DNA of 64,000 nt from contig OX597816.1 in NCBI GenBank assembly GCA_951406725.2, positions 172,918,001 to 172,982,000 on the forward strand, given 5' to 3'. The DNA is from Octopus vulgaris (lineage: Eukaryota). Positions 31,862 through 45,073 of this stretch are shown piece after piece; position 1 is the stretch's first letter; each line of letters begins with the position of its first letter. The notes beneath the pieces are model-generated. The model did no database searches, had not been told where the DNA came from, and saw nothing but the letters and a program-made list of their open reading frames with translations. Position numbers and translations under genes: made by a program.

Positions 31862-32197
31862 CGGAGACCCCCTTCAGTCACGACACAGACCATGGGATTG
31901 CACCTAGAAAGTTACCCTCCCAGGCACAAGTCCGGGCGAGGTTGTTTATGGAAGACCAGCAGTTGCCCATGCATACCAGCCTCCCCTCTCCACGCCACCA
32001 GTGTTATCCAAGGGAAAGACAAAGGTCGATACATCTTGGCACCTGTGACGTCGCAACTCATTTCTACAGCTGTGTGAACTGGAGCAACGTGAAATAAAGT
32101 GCCTTGCTCAAGAACACAACACGCAGCCCGGTCCGGGATTCGAGCTCACAACCTCACGATCGTAAGCTCGACGCTCTAACCACTGATCCAAGCGCCT
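31862..32197 (-). mobile_element. tRNA-derived CORE-type SINE with a distinct tail (family D)
   Basis: Minus-strand head aggcgcttggatcagtggttagagcg...tcgaatccc, CORE-like tgttgtgttcttgagcaaggcactttatttcacgttgctccag, and a unique tail. Confidence 0.8.
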
Positions 32198-32207
32198 TAT
32201 ACACACA

Positions 32208-32315
<108 letters not shown>

Positions 32316-32475
32316 CATATATATATATATATATATGTATGTGTGTATGTAAAAGAATAATATACCACAACTATACATTTATATATATATATATTATATA
32401 TATAATATATATATAATATATATATAATATATATAAAATCATATATTTATGTATATATATACATATATCTATGTA

Positions 32476-32504
<29 letters not shown>

Positions 32505-32521
<17 letters not shown>

Positions 32522-33015
32522 TGTAGTTGTGTGAGTGTCTGTACCCTTCGATTTAGATTCCTATATACTACATTTTGCGGTGCAGTTTAACCAAATTCGG
32601 GTATCTTATAGTCGTGATTCATATCGAGCCCGTCTGGGTATTAGCGCGCGTCTACGATGAGTCTACGATTTTAAAAATAATTTAACATCATTTTTTATTC
32701 CATTTTAATGCATAATTTCTCGTGTGTTGATGGCGGCGGAGTTGGCGTCCACGCTCACATCTGCACCTGTTTACTTCTCCCCCTCCTTCCCTCCCTCGTG
32801 AAGCTGTGGGGAAGGGAGTGTAAGGAAATCAACGTCGTAAAGCGTTGTCAAAGAGACCAGCGTTCTTTTAGAACAACGACTTCATGGCTTGAAGACACCA
32901 AAACAGAAATGGCTAAAAAAGCCCGAATTGGCATCTATAAGGGAAGTAACTCTCTAAAAATGCTTATATAGTTATTTCCCTTACAAACCCGAGCAACGCC
33001 GGGCGATACTGCTAG
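32505..33015 (+). mobile_element. Non-autonomous Helitron, copy 2 (5' end blurred by (TA)n)
   Basis: Same body and hairpin-CTAG end as 4059-4455. Confidence 0.88.
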
Positions 33016-33574
33016 TCTATATATATAAAACTGTAGTTGTGTGAGTGTCTGTCTCCTACGATTTAGATTCCTAACTACTCCCACATTTTGCGGTGCAGTT
33101 TAACCAAATTCGGATATCTTATAGTCGTGATTCATATCGAGCCCGTCTGGGTATTAGCGCGCGTCTACGATGAGTCTACGATTTTTAAAATAATTTAACA
33201 TCATTTTTTCCATTTTAACGCATATTTTTTCCTGTGTCGATGGCGGCGGAGTTGGCGTCCATGGTCACACCTGCACCTGTGTTGCTTCTCCCCCTTCTTC
33301 CCTCCTTCATGAAGCTGTGGAGAAGGGAGTGTAAGGAAATCAACGTCGTAAAGCGTTGTCAAGGAGACCAGCGTTCTTTTAGAACAACGACTTCATGGCT
33401 TGAAGACACCAAAACAGAAAATGTCTACGATGAGTCAACGATTTAAAAAAAATTACCATAATTTTTTTTCTATTTTTAATGCATTTTTTTTGCTATTTTT
33501 TGGCTATAACTCTCTAAAAATGCTTATATAGTTATTTCCCTTACAAACCCGAGCAACGCCGGGCGATACTGCTA

Positions 33575-33575
<1 letters not shown>
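33016..33575 (+). mobile_element. Non-autonomous Helitron, copy 3, fused head-to-tail to copy 2
   Basis: Junction ...gCTAG|TCtatatatataaaa... Confidence 0.9.
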
Positions 33576-33637
<62 letters not shown>

Positions 33638-33729
33638 TAAATTTGAACGATTAAAATTATATATATATATAGATAGATTGAGAGAGAGGGGGAGAGATAG
33701 ATAGACAGATAAATAGATAGATATACATA

Positions 33730-33925
33730 TGCATATATGGGTACAGGACGTCTGTCGGTCAATGCTCGAAATGAGGAGTAGATAGACAGACAACAACTGA
33801 AGAAGGGTCGTTCTTTATGTTACTTGTCCTGTTTTCCATTTGTCTCTCTCGTTGTTTGCGTATTGAACTCATTTGTTTTCGTATTTCATGTTGTTTACTG
33901 TTGGTGATGTCCTGTGCCCATATAT
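33730..33925 (+). mobile_element. Short (TA)n-associated repeat with an inverted 5' segment; possible PLE pseudo-LTR
   Basis: atatatgggtacaggacgtc at the start is inverted relative to gatgtcctgtgcccatatat at the end. Homologous to 61700-61868 in the opposite orientation. Confidence 0.55.
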
Positions 33926-34443
33926 TTATTTCCAAGTAAGTTTATCTTCATCTTTTTGATGCGACTCTACTCTATACTGTTTTCCTCCCCCATCGTTTTC
34001 TCTCTCATCTTTTCACTAATTCCCTTTTTTCTCCCCTTCGCAGATTTCTATCTGTCTGTCTGTCTGTCTCTGTATGTCTGTCTCTGTCTCTATCTGTCTG
34101 TCTGTCTCTGTCTCCCTCTCTCTCTCTATCTTCCCCTCTTTCTTCTGTTCTCTCTCTCGTTGTTCACACGTGACCATCATCCATCTTTCTTGTCCTCACG
34201 TTATCATCTTTCTTTTCTTTCAGGACTGTCCTAAGGACTGGACGTATCCTACCTCTCTCTCTTCTATCTTTTCCCTTGTCAAAGAAAATTCTTTTGCAGC
34301 GTTCGCTATTTTACCTTCGTTTTGGTCTAACGATCCTCCATGTTTGTTTTCGTTCGGTTTCCTTCTATGTTTCCTCTGTCCTATTTTTGTTCCCAACTTT
34401 GACCGTCCATAAACCCCTATATATATATATACATACCTGAATA

Positions 34444-34495
<52 letters not shown>

Positions 34496-34769
34496 CATAT
34501 ATACAACAGGCTTCTTTCAGTTTCCATCTGCCAAATCCACTCACAAGGCTTTGGTCGGCTCGAGGCTATAGTAGAAAACATTTACTCAAGGTTGTACGTA
34601 GTGGGACTGAACCCTACACTATTTGATTGGGAAGCATGCTTCTTAACCTACAATACATATGGAAGACCTACATTGTGATACTACTTACATGTATGGAACA
34701 GCTATACATAAATACATTAGAGTTCATTAAAAAGAACATTCAACCGACTAGAAATGATTCTATCACCAG

Positions 34770-35167
34770 CTAGCAGTATCCCCCGGCGTTGCTCGGGTTT
34801 GTAAGGGAAATAACTATATAAGCATTTTTAGAGATGTAATGTATAATAGCCATCTCAATATAGCTAACCACAAAGGGGTGGGGTGTTGCTGTAGCTTTTT
34901 ACGTTCTGAGATTTAATGATAAATTTTTAGAGAGTTACTTCCCTTATATATGCCAAAAATGCATTAAAAATGGGAAAAATTAATGGTAAATTTGTTTTAA
35001 AATCGTAGACTCATCGTAGACGCGCGCTAATACCCAGAAGGGCTCGATATGAATCACGACTATAAGACACCCGGTTTTGGTTAAACTGCACCGCAAAATG
35101 TGGGAGTAGTTAGGAATCTAAATCGTAGGAGACAGACAGCACACAACCTCTCTTTTATATATAAAGA
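34770..35167 (-). mobile_element. Non-autonomous Helitron, copy 4
   Basis: Reverse complement of the family: ctagcagtatc...ccggcgttgctcggg at left and ...tatatataaaga at right. Confidence 0.88.
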
Positions 35168-37034
35168 AGATTTTCCGCAACCTCTAATTCTTGGTTATAT
35201 TATAATATAGCCGGCGCGTTGTGTTCTTGAGCAAAACACTTCATTTTACGTTGCTCCTGTTCCCCTTTCGGTGGGAATGTTGGCCTGCTCGCCTAGCCAG
35301 CGGGGTGGCGTCATTTAAAGGATAAAGCAATGTAAAACACATTGTGACCAGCGATGTGTACCAACATCTGATAGCCTGGTCAGTCACGTGATCACGTGAT
35401 ATTATGATATAAGCTTCACCAGATGGATTCGTCTAAGATCTACGAATATAATGTCTTCAGAAGTTAGGCGTGAAATTTCACTTTCCAGAAAAGCAATGAC
35501 GGTTATATTTTGTCGAAATGCATTAAAGACATAATAATCAGAGCTAAAATACATTTCTTAAGAATGGTTGAAAATGTATTTAACAGCAATCACAAAGCAT
35601 TTGGTTTGTTGGAGAAAATGATTCATCGTGATTTTCAAAGCTTTCTCAAAAGAGGCGAAACATTCGAAACTATGCAAACGAAGTTAGAATGAGGGGTTGA
35701 TTCTCCGAGGTTTATCACTACACAACAGTTAGTAAGCAACGGACTGGATTCATGTAATTTGGAAGGAATACTCTAATAGTTGTTTAGCAGCAAGAGACAA
35801 CTATGGAGAGTGTTTCGGCCTCACGTTGACTTCATCAGCATAATATAGTCCTAACTTGTCTCCAGATTTGCCTTGTATATTTTACACATACAAAAAAAAA
35901 AAAAAAAAAATGAGCTTAATGCATTTTTTCCAAGAAAGGTTTCAAATAAAAGACTCGATTGTTGCGACTTCACCTAGATGTAGGGTATCCAGGGAATGTT
36001 ACCATACATAATGTCCTGTTTACTGGAGAAGTTTAACTCTGTATCGGAAGGCAACGAAACACTCGTAAACAAAGCAATACAGTTACTGCTGCCAGCGTTG
36101 ATGTGTAGTTGTTCATTCTCTCTACTTACAGACAAACGACCTTTGGCTGCCAAACACTTATTTTTCAAATAGAAGATTCTTCTGTGTTGTTCCCATTCAT
36201 CAATGTCTATGACAAAACTGCAAAGGCTTAAAATCTCAGCAAAAATTGTTGAAAAATAGTAAAATCTTTCCGAGACGGAATCTAGTTAATAAAACATTGA
36301 ATCTAATAAAATGAATAATAAAATATTTGCTTTTGATGATCCAAATTTGACGAATTTCTGCCAAAATGCACAGAACTAGAGGAATCTGAAATAGATTCAG
36401 TAGTTTTCGCATCTTCTGAACAGTCTATTGATATCGTTTCATGTCCCCAGTTTACAGCCCAATTTACTTCTATATTGTCTAATCCGGCGAAAAGTCAAAA
36501 CGAAATTAGCCTGGCCTTAATTCTAATTAATTCCTTGAAATCCGCAGATTTATGAAACTAACCACGGAAACAAACACGCTTGATGTCGGCCATTTTCGCA
36601 GAAACTATCATTGCTTGAAGTTACAGTGCAATGTGTGTGTGTGCGCGTGTGTGTATGTGTGTGTGTGTGTGTGTGTGCGTGCGTGTGTGTTTGTGTTGGC
36701 TTGTGTGGGGGTGTGCTTATCTGTTGTGCTATATGTATGAATTTCATGTGTGTGTCTGTGGTTTATGATGGCAGTTTTCCTGGAAACGGTCATTGCTTGA
36801 AGTTACAGTACGACTAATGTCTGAGTGTTTGTGTATATGTAAGCTTCATCTGCATAATCATTATACAGGCACATACACGTATACATACATGTAGACATAT
36901 ACACAAACATACATTCATGCACACATATCTATGTATGATTGTGAATGTATATGTCCATGTATATATATATGTACATCTGTGGATACACATGTATACGTAA
37001 TTGTTTCTGTCTGTAAAACTCATACATGTAAGTG

Positions 37035-37081
<47 letters not shown>

Positions 37082-37362
37082 TGAGTAAGTTTCATGCCAG
37101 CCTTTTGTGCAGAAACCAGTCAATATGCTACAGTGAGTGTGTGTTTATATATTTGTTAGTACCGTAAGTATGTGTATATCTCTGTTTGGTGTGTCTCTGC
37201 GTATTGGTATAAGCGTATGAGTGTGATTCATTGCATGTAGGAGTGTATGAGCGTGTATGTGTGTCTATATGCGCACTTTTGCAAATATATTTCTGAACAG
37301 TGTGGAAACATTAGTGTGTGGGAGTTTTAATATGTGCATACACACATGTCTATACATGTGTG

Positions 37363-37744
37363 TGGAGGCGCAATGGCCCGGTGGTTAGGGCAGCGAACTC
37401 GCGGTCATAGGATCGCGGTTTCGATTCCCAGACCGGGCGTTGTGAGTGTTTATTGAGCGAAAACACCTAAAAGCTCCATGAGGCTCCGGCAAGGATGGTG
37501 GTGATCCCTGCTGTACTCTTTCACCACAACTTTCTCTCACTCTTACTTCCTGTTTCTGTTGTACCTGTATTTCAAAGGGCCGGCCTTGTCACTCTCTGTG
37601 TCACGCTGAATATCCCCGAGAACTACGTTAAGGGTACACGTGTCTGTGGAGTGCTCAGCCACTTACACGTTAATTTCATGAGCAAGCTGTTCCGTTGATC
37701 GGATCAACCGGAACCCTCATCGTCGTAACCGACGGAGTGCTTCC
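37363..37744 (+). mobile_element. tRNA-derived SINE family E with TSD
   Basis: A box tggcccggtgg, B box ggtttcgattccc. TSD tatacatgtgtg at 37351-37362 and 37745-37756. Confidence 0.9.
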
Positions 37745-38073
37745 TATACATGTGTGCATACACATGCATGTGCATAAGCCTGTACACATGCGAGTGGATG
37801 GCTTGTTGTATGTGTGGTTTCAGTCATTCGATTGTGGCCATGCTGGAGCATCGCCTTGAAGGGTTTAGTCGAACAAATCGACTCCAGGACTTCATTTTTT
37901 TCTAAGCGAGGTACTAAGACGGATTACTTTTTTTTTCTGAAACGCCCAGTTAAAGAGACGTAAACAAACCAACACCGGTTGTCAAGGAGGGCAAGCACAA
38001 ACAAAAGTACATACGTACACACACTCACATATACGTTGCACGTGTGTGTACGTGTGTGTGTATTTGTGTGTGA

Positions 38074-38162
<89 letters not shown>

Positions 38163-38164
<2 letters not shown>

Positions 38165-38572
38165 CGCAGGAGTGGCTGTGTGGTAAGTAGCTTGCTAACC
38201 AGCCACATGGTTCCGGGTTCAGTCCCACTGCGTGGCATCTTGGGCAAGTGTCTTCTGCTATAGCCCCGGGCCGACTAATGCCTTGTGAGTGGATTTGGTA
38301 GACGGAAACTGAAAGAAGCCTGTCGTATATATGTATATATATATAAGTGTGTGTGTATATGTTTGTGTGTCTGTGTTTGTCCCTCTAGCATTGCTTGACA
38401 ACCGATGCTGGTGTGTTTACGTCCCCGTCACTTAGCGGTTCGGCAAAAGAGACCGATAGAATAAGTACTGGGCTTACAAAGAATAAGTCCCGGGGTCGAT
38501 TTGCTCGACTAAAGGCGGTGCTCCAGCATGGCCGCAGTCAAATGACTGAAACAAGTAAAAGAGTAAAAGAGT
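38163..38572 (+). mobile_element. Family A SINE, full length
   Basis: Full head, internal microsatellite, (gtaaaaga)n tail. Confidence 0.92.
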
Positions 38573-39466
38573 ATATGATGCAAAAGTTATATGTCTAACT
38601 TTATTTCAATACGTTTCAGTGCATTTTAGTACAACTGGCAACTTTCCCTAAGATGGTGACTAACTACTAAATGGTGGTGTCAGCCATACTTAAAAATCGA
38701 TCTTTTACTCAAGCATCACGCCTCTGACTTACAAAAGACACCACAAGAAAGATTGACGACATTTATACAGTTTCCGCGTTTATTAGTAGATTAGTAGCTT
38801 TAGTCAAAGTGAAGTGATTTAGCTGCAATCCCGAATCGAACGCAACTCTTGAGATTTTCTTTTGGTTTCTTCCACCTCAGTAACTTGCCATTTTCATGAG
38901 TCAACGTTGAAGCCTCTATATGGACACTTGAAATGTTAGAAGTAGCAGCTTAACAGCAAAATTTCTCTCAAATATCTTAAAGAACACGGTAGATAATGTT
39001 CTCTTCTATACTCTTTAACAGACAGGATTGTCACGGCTAGAATGCCTTGATCGTAAGAATTAGCCGAGGATGAAACATAAATAACAATGGCAACAACATC
39101 AAGTAAATCAGCAGCCACATCCGTTACGGCTTTAATTTGATTTTTTCACTAAGACGAATTAATTGATGATGGATTTTGCATCCGACCGAACCAGTTCAGT
39201 AAATAAAAGGTGCTGTTGACCCCTAATGGCAGTTAAAGTGTAAAGACCCATCTCTCCCCCGCCATAATACAATAAGACAATTTAATAATGTAAAATGTTT
39301 ATTGTGCCACTCTAGCATTGGCCTAATATTGTCTCGAATTAGACTCAGGTCAATAGAGTGAAACTACCATGGCACTATCACAGAGGCACATCAGTTCTGA
39401 CAGAACACAGCTATGATCAAAGACGTTCCTCAAATGACGATCGCATCTGTTTGTTTGTTTGTTTGC

Positions 39467-39514
<48 letters not shown>

Positions 39515-39724
39515 AGAGAGAGAGAGAGAGTGGCACACACACACATGCATACACACACATAATGGTTGGGTTTCATATGCAAAATATACATATACATATA
39601 GGCGCAGGCGTGGCTGTGGTGAGAGGCTTGCTTCCCAACAACATGGCTTCGGGTTCAGTCAAAGCCTTGTGAATGGATTTGGTAGACGGAAACTGAAAAA
39701 AGTCCATCGTGTATATATATGTAT

Positions 39725-40002
39725 ATATCACGTGATCACGTGACCGACCAGACCATCAGATGTTGTTACACATCGCTGGTCACAATGCGTTCGCATTGTT
39801 TTAGCCTTCGAATGACGCCACCACGCTGGCTAAGCGAGCAGGCCAACAGACGAAAGAGTGGGAGAAAGAGTGATGAAAGAGTACAGCAGGGAGCTTTTTA
39901 GGTGTTTTCGCTCAATAAACACTCACAACGCCCGGTCTAGGAATCGAAACCGCGATCCTACGACCGCGAGTCCGCTGCCCTAACCACTGGACCATTGCGC
40001 CT

Positions 40003-40004
<2 letters not shown>
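39725..40004 (-). mobile_element. Chimeric SINE: family E head with 'F' tail
   Basis: The head matches 37363-37475. The tail matches 35278-35400 and 4890-4968. Confidence 0.8.
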
Positions 40005-40045
<41 letters not shown>

Positions 40046-40050
40046 AATGA

Positions 40051-40297
40051 CTTGTTTCAGTCATTTGATTGTGGCCATGCTGGAGCACCGCCTTTAATCG
40101 AGCAAATCTGCCCCAGGACTTATTCTTTGTTAGCCTAGTACTTATTCTGTCAGTCTCTTTTACTGAAGCGCTAAGTTACGGGAATGTAAACACACAGCAT
40201 CGGTTGTGAAGCGATGTTGGGGTGACAAACACACATACACACACAAATACACACAAACACACACACACACACACGCACACATACACACACACACACT

Positions 40298-40329
<32 letters not shown>

Positions 40330-40492
40330 CGACAGGCTTCTTTCAGTTTCCGTCTACCAAATCCACTCACAAGTCTTTGGTCGGCCCGAGGCTATAGCAG
40401 AAGACACTTGCTCAAGGTGCCACACAGTGAGACTGAACCCGGAACCATGTGGTTGGTACGCAAGCTGCTTACCATACAACCATTCCTACGCC
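40051..40492 (-). mobile_element. Family A SINE
   Basis: Reverse complement of family A. Confidence 0.88.
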
Positions 40493-40503
40493 TGTACATA
40501 CAT

Positions 40504-40561
<58 letters not shown>

Positions 40562-41205
40562 GTATATATATATATGTATGTATGTATATACATATACATG
40601 TGTGTGTGTTTGTGTGTGTGTGTGCGTGTGTGTGCGTGTACGTGCGTGTGTGTGCCGGACTATAGGGTTATTCGCCAGCTATTTCTCGCGGATAAAATAA
40701 CTGTGTGGAGAGCTAACTCTGTTCAGTGCATACTGGTATTGGTTTTATCGATTCTTGAAAAGATAGAAATCAACCAAATGTAATCTGTGAATGACCTCAA
40801 ATCGTAGGCATTTACTGTTCAGAAAGATTTTTAAAACATAACATCAGTGTCAAACAGAAAAGGCAAAGAGAAATTCTTTTTTGCTTTTATTTAGTAAATT
40901 TTTCTATCAAGACGATTATTCAAGTTGTAGAAATGGAATGGCTACTACAGAATCATAACCGGGGTTTTGGTTTTGGTCTTGGTTTACCAAACGCTTACAA
41001 AGATGTTCTATTATAACAAACTATACTGTCTTAGTTACCACGAAAGAAAATCTCACATTTGCTTTCTGGTGCAAAATGGACTCTTATTTATATCGCTACA
41101 TGTCTCAAACGCTTACATCACGACGTTCATCCTTGGCAAAATGCTTAATATTTTATGAGAGAAAGAGAGACAAAGAAAGAGAGTGACAGAGAGACAGAGA
41201 GAGAA

Positions 41206-41238
<33 letters not shown>

Positions 41239-41249
41239 AAGACAGAGAC

Positions 41250-41309
<60 letters not shown>

Positions 41310-41708
41310 AAGGGAGAGAGAGAGAAAAAGAGAGACAGAGAGAGACAGAGAGAGAGAGAAAGTCAATGTTCATACTTAGCATTTCAGATGAGTTAAGTAC
41401 ATGTGAGAATCGCAACCGTGTCGTAGAATCATTTCATAGGGAAGTCAACCCGTTTCACCGAAGTGTTCCCCATTAAATTAATTATTCTATAGTTATCATT
41501 AGTTTCATCATTTTTTTTCTTTTTACTTTTACACGGCTGGATATGTTCTCTCACCTTCTTAATTGACCCAAGTCACCGAGCCATAGATATGTGTGCAGAG
41601 TAAGTAGGATTCACTAACGCGAAATTTTCGCGGAAGTAGCCCCCTGCTACAACAATGTCCTAGCTAATAGTGACTTTCAGGATAAATTAATATATAACCA
41701 CTCTAATA

Positions 41709-41791
41709 TTAACTGATTGGAAGTGTTATCATGTACATTTCGTATATTTTACCCCAAAGTCACTTTGATGGCATGCTCTGCTCGCTCACTC
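41709..41791 (+). mobile_element. Internally deleted family C fragment
   Basis: A 5'-region piece (aactgattggaagtgttatcatgtacat) is joined directly to the 3' terminal ~50 nt, followed by (AAT)n. Confidence 0.8.
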
Positions 41792-41866
<75 letters not shown>

Positions 41867-41909
41867 AAGAAGAAGAAGAAGAAGAAGAAGAAGAAGAAGA
41901 AGAAGAAGA

Positions 41910-42460
41910 AATGCCCCGTTGCAGTACTAGGCAGTGGTTTTCATGGCTTCTGACTTTAACTGATTGGAAGTGTTATTATGTACATTGTTTTGTCTTGGCA
42001 TAAAATATGGGCTACAGCAAATATTCTGCTCAATACCACAGATTTGCTTGTCAGTTGTTTGACCTTAACCAGTTGAGCATGTCCCTTGGTGGCCGACGAT
42101 ATGTGCTTCTCCGATCATGAGTAGTGGGGGAGCATCATAGCCATGTGTTGAAATGAATTCTTGGAGGTTTGGATAATTCACCTTTGGAAACATAAGTGGT
42201 TCGTTCAACATCCTTAAACAATCCTTATTCAGGGACCTTTTGATGGGGATGGGTTACTCGGCCTGAAGAAAATTCTAACTGGGCCCCACCTGCAAGGTCA
42301 TGCGCTGTGCATCTTGATATGAGGTCACCATGTCGCGCACATATGGTTGTGATGCATGTGCCTAGTGTACCCTTATCAGACGGGTAGTCACGATGGGTAT
42401 ACTGGGCTTCGTATATTTTACCCCAGTGTCACTTTGATGGCATGCACTGCTCTCTCACTC
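41910..42460 (+). mobile_element. Family C element, full length
   Basis: Preceded by (TAA)n(GAA)n and followed by (AAT)n. Confidence 0.92.
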
Positions 42461-42510
<50 letters not shown>

Positions 42511-42552
42511 CAACAACAACAGCAGCAGCAGCAGCAACAACAACAATAATAT

Positions 42553-43480
42553 ACCTAAAAACAGACCTTGGTTCGCCCCTCTGTTTTCCCTTAACGTAAA
42601 AACTAACATAGATAAAAGATTCTTGTCCCTCTTAGACAAACATTTTCCAGAAAATCACAGGTACAGGAAATATTTAACAGGCGCTCAGTGAAATTATATA
42701 CCTGCTGCCCCAATATGAAGAGATCATTACACGGGATCAACATCGAGAGCCCAGTGTTGTCGAAACCCAGGAGCCTGTCTACTCGACCAGCGATGCATGA
42801 TTAAATCCATTATATGTGAGCAGAAGTTACAACAACGCTAGATGATATCAGAACCGAAAAGAAAAGCTGTATCGGACTATGTGAAGGAGAATTCAAAAAT
42901 CTCTATGCTAATCACATACCTTCTTTCTGACACAGGGACAAAAGTAAAGCTATTAAATATGGCTAGCCACGTATGGGATTTGAAATCGAACGTCATACCA
43001 CATACGATAAAATGGAAAATAGTCGAAAAATCCACACCATATGTTAATAGATCAAAAAAATGTAAGCTATGCGTAGCTGAAAGAACTCATAGCCTTTTCA
43101 GATGTAAACTCACTATTGAGCTCTAGATCTGAAATAGTCGGCGGTTGTAAGCATATGCCTAAGTTTTTGTTGACAAATTACTTCCCTCACAGGATTGAAT
43201 AACTGTACCATAGGCTCGAAGCTACTATCTTTTCAGCCTCATAATTTATGGCCTAAGGGAAATAACTCTTATTCTCTCTTTTGCACCTTTCTGATTATTT
43301 TTCGCTTTCCGTTTTTTCCAACATTCCACTTTTTATATATACTTCCTCTAGCCTTCACTTGTTTTTTTCTCTCGTCCCATTTTTAATTCGTTATGTCCTG
43401 TGGCCAGTGTCTGATGACTGTGCTGGGACACCAGGCGTGTTATAAAACACTGTTTGGGATGTTCTCTGAACATGAAAACT
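42553..43480 (+). pseudogene. 5'-truncated Penelope-like element remnant (linker + GIY-YIG endonuclease + 3' region)
   Basis: WFAPLFSLNVKTNIDKRFLSLLDKHFPENHRYRK and ASHVWDLK...IKWKIVEKSTPY...KCKLCVAE...RSEIVGGCKH; frameshifted. Confidence 0.8.
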
Positions 43481-44131
43481 AATAGTAGCACATAAAAGCA
43501 TATATCGTGTTTATTGAATAAGATGCGCGCGCGCGTGTGTGTGTATCTGCGTGTGTGTATGATGGTAGTGTCTTGTAGTCGTAGAAAGCGGGTTCTGCAG
43601 TTTCTCGTTGAACAACCTACACAAATAATTTCCTTTACGAGAATAGTGGTATAATGTATGTGCTGCACATTACCCCACTCCCTCCATCAAATCAATGTTG
43701 CCTGAATAGTTTCCGCCTGTCAAATCCACTCATAAGGTTTTGGTCAGCCCAAGGCTATAGTTGAAGACACTCGCCGAAGGTGCCACGCAGTGGGACTGAA
43801 CCGGGATCTATGTGGCTAGGAAACAGGTTTCTTCCCACCCGTCCACGGCTGTGCTTATAACCATAGTCATAAATCAAACGCTTTTCTTCTTATGCCTGCT
43901 CAAGTAGTGCTAATGTGGGGTTTAACAACAACAAAATACCAGTCACACAACACCGTTCATTTCCATAATCTCTACCGTCATATCTATCTGGTTAACAATG
44001 AACCTAATTTGATTCTTCACTGGGTGTGGTGATGTTCAAATCGGTCCTCACTTTGGCTGGAATATCTGTAAACAATAGATCTGTGTTTCATGTCCAGTCG
44101 TTGAGTCATCCTATTTGCGTGTAAAATGATT

Positions 44132-44365
44132 ACCTATTTCTTTATTACCCACAAGGGGCTAAACATAGAAGGGACAAACAAGGACAGACACAGGGATTAA
44201 GTCGATTACATCGACCCCAGTGCGTAATTGGTACTTAATTTATCGACCCCGAAAGGATGAAAGGCAAAGTCGACCTTGGCGGAATTTGAACTCACAACGT
44301 AACGACAGACAAAATACGGCTGCGCATTTCGCCCGGCGTGCTAACGTTTCTGCCAGCTCGCTGCC
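44132..44365 (-). mobile_element. Family B SINE
   Basis: Closely matches 21094-21322. Confidence 0.9.
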
Positions 44366-44541
44366 TTGACCCTATCACGGCCGGTCTGGTACATCTGCAA
44401 CGTTAACAACAGCATCAAACCTACCAGCACTACTGCAACCGTGTCAATGAAGGAACTTCTATGTGGTCACTCGCCATGTTAGAAAGAATACCAAGTCACA
44501 CTCAAGCCACTTTCCAATATCTTAAAATGAAAATTATACAA

Positions 44542-45073
44542 GGCGCATGAGTGGCTGTGTGGTAAGTAGCTTGCTTACCAACCACATGGTGCCGGGTTCA
44601 GTCCCATTGTATGGCAACTTGGGCAAGTGTCTTTTACTATGGCCTCGGGCCAACCAAAGTTTAGGCGCAGGAGTGGCTGTGTGGTAAGTAGCTTGTTTAC
44701 CAACCACATGGTTCCGGGTTCAGTCCCACTGCGTGGCACCTTGGGCAAGTGTCTTCTACTATAGCCTCGGGCCGACCAAAGCCTTGTGAGTGGGTTTGGT
44801 AGATGGAAACTGAAAGAATCCCGTCGTATATATGTATATATATATATGCGTGTGTGTGTGTGTTTGTGTGTCTATGTTTGTCCCCCTAGCGTTGCTTGAC
44901 AACCGATGCTGGTGTGTTTATGTCCCCGTTACTTAGCTGTTCGGCAAAAGAGACCGATAAAATAAGTACTGGGCTTATAAAAGAATAAGTCCCGGGCTCG
45001 ATTTGCTCGATTGAAGGCGGTGCTCCAGCATGGCCGCAGTCAAATGACTGAAATAAGTAAAAGAGTAAAAGAG
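44542..45073 (+). mobile_element. Family A SINE (44664-45073) preceded by an extra head (44542-44659)
   Basis: Two consecutive ggcgca.gagtggctgtgtggtaagtagc heads. Confidence 0.9.

Noticed and set aside
37363-37440. tRNA-like heads (also 9277, 32120-32197, 38163 and others) as tRNA genes
   Set aside because: They continue into SINE bodies, some with TSDs, and lack a full cloverleaf and terminator.
43405-43455. ctgatga after the PLE remnant as a functional hammerhead
   Set aside because: The GAAA box is missing and the stems are not convincing.
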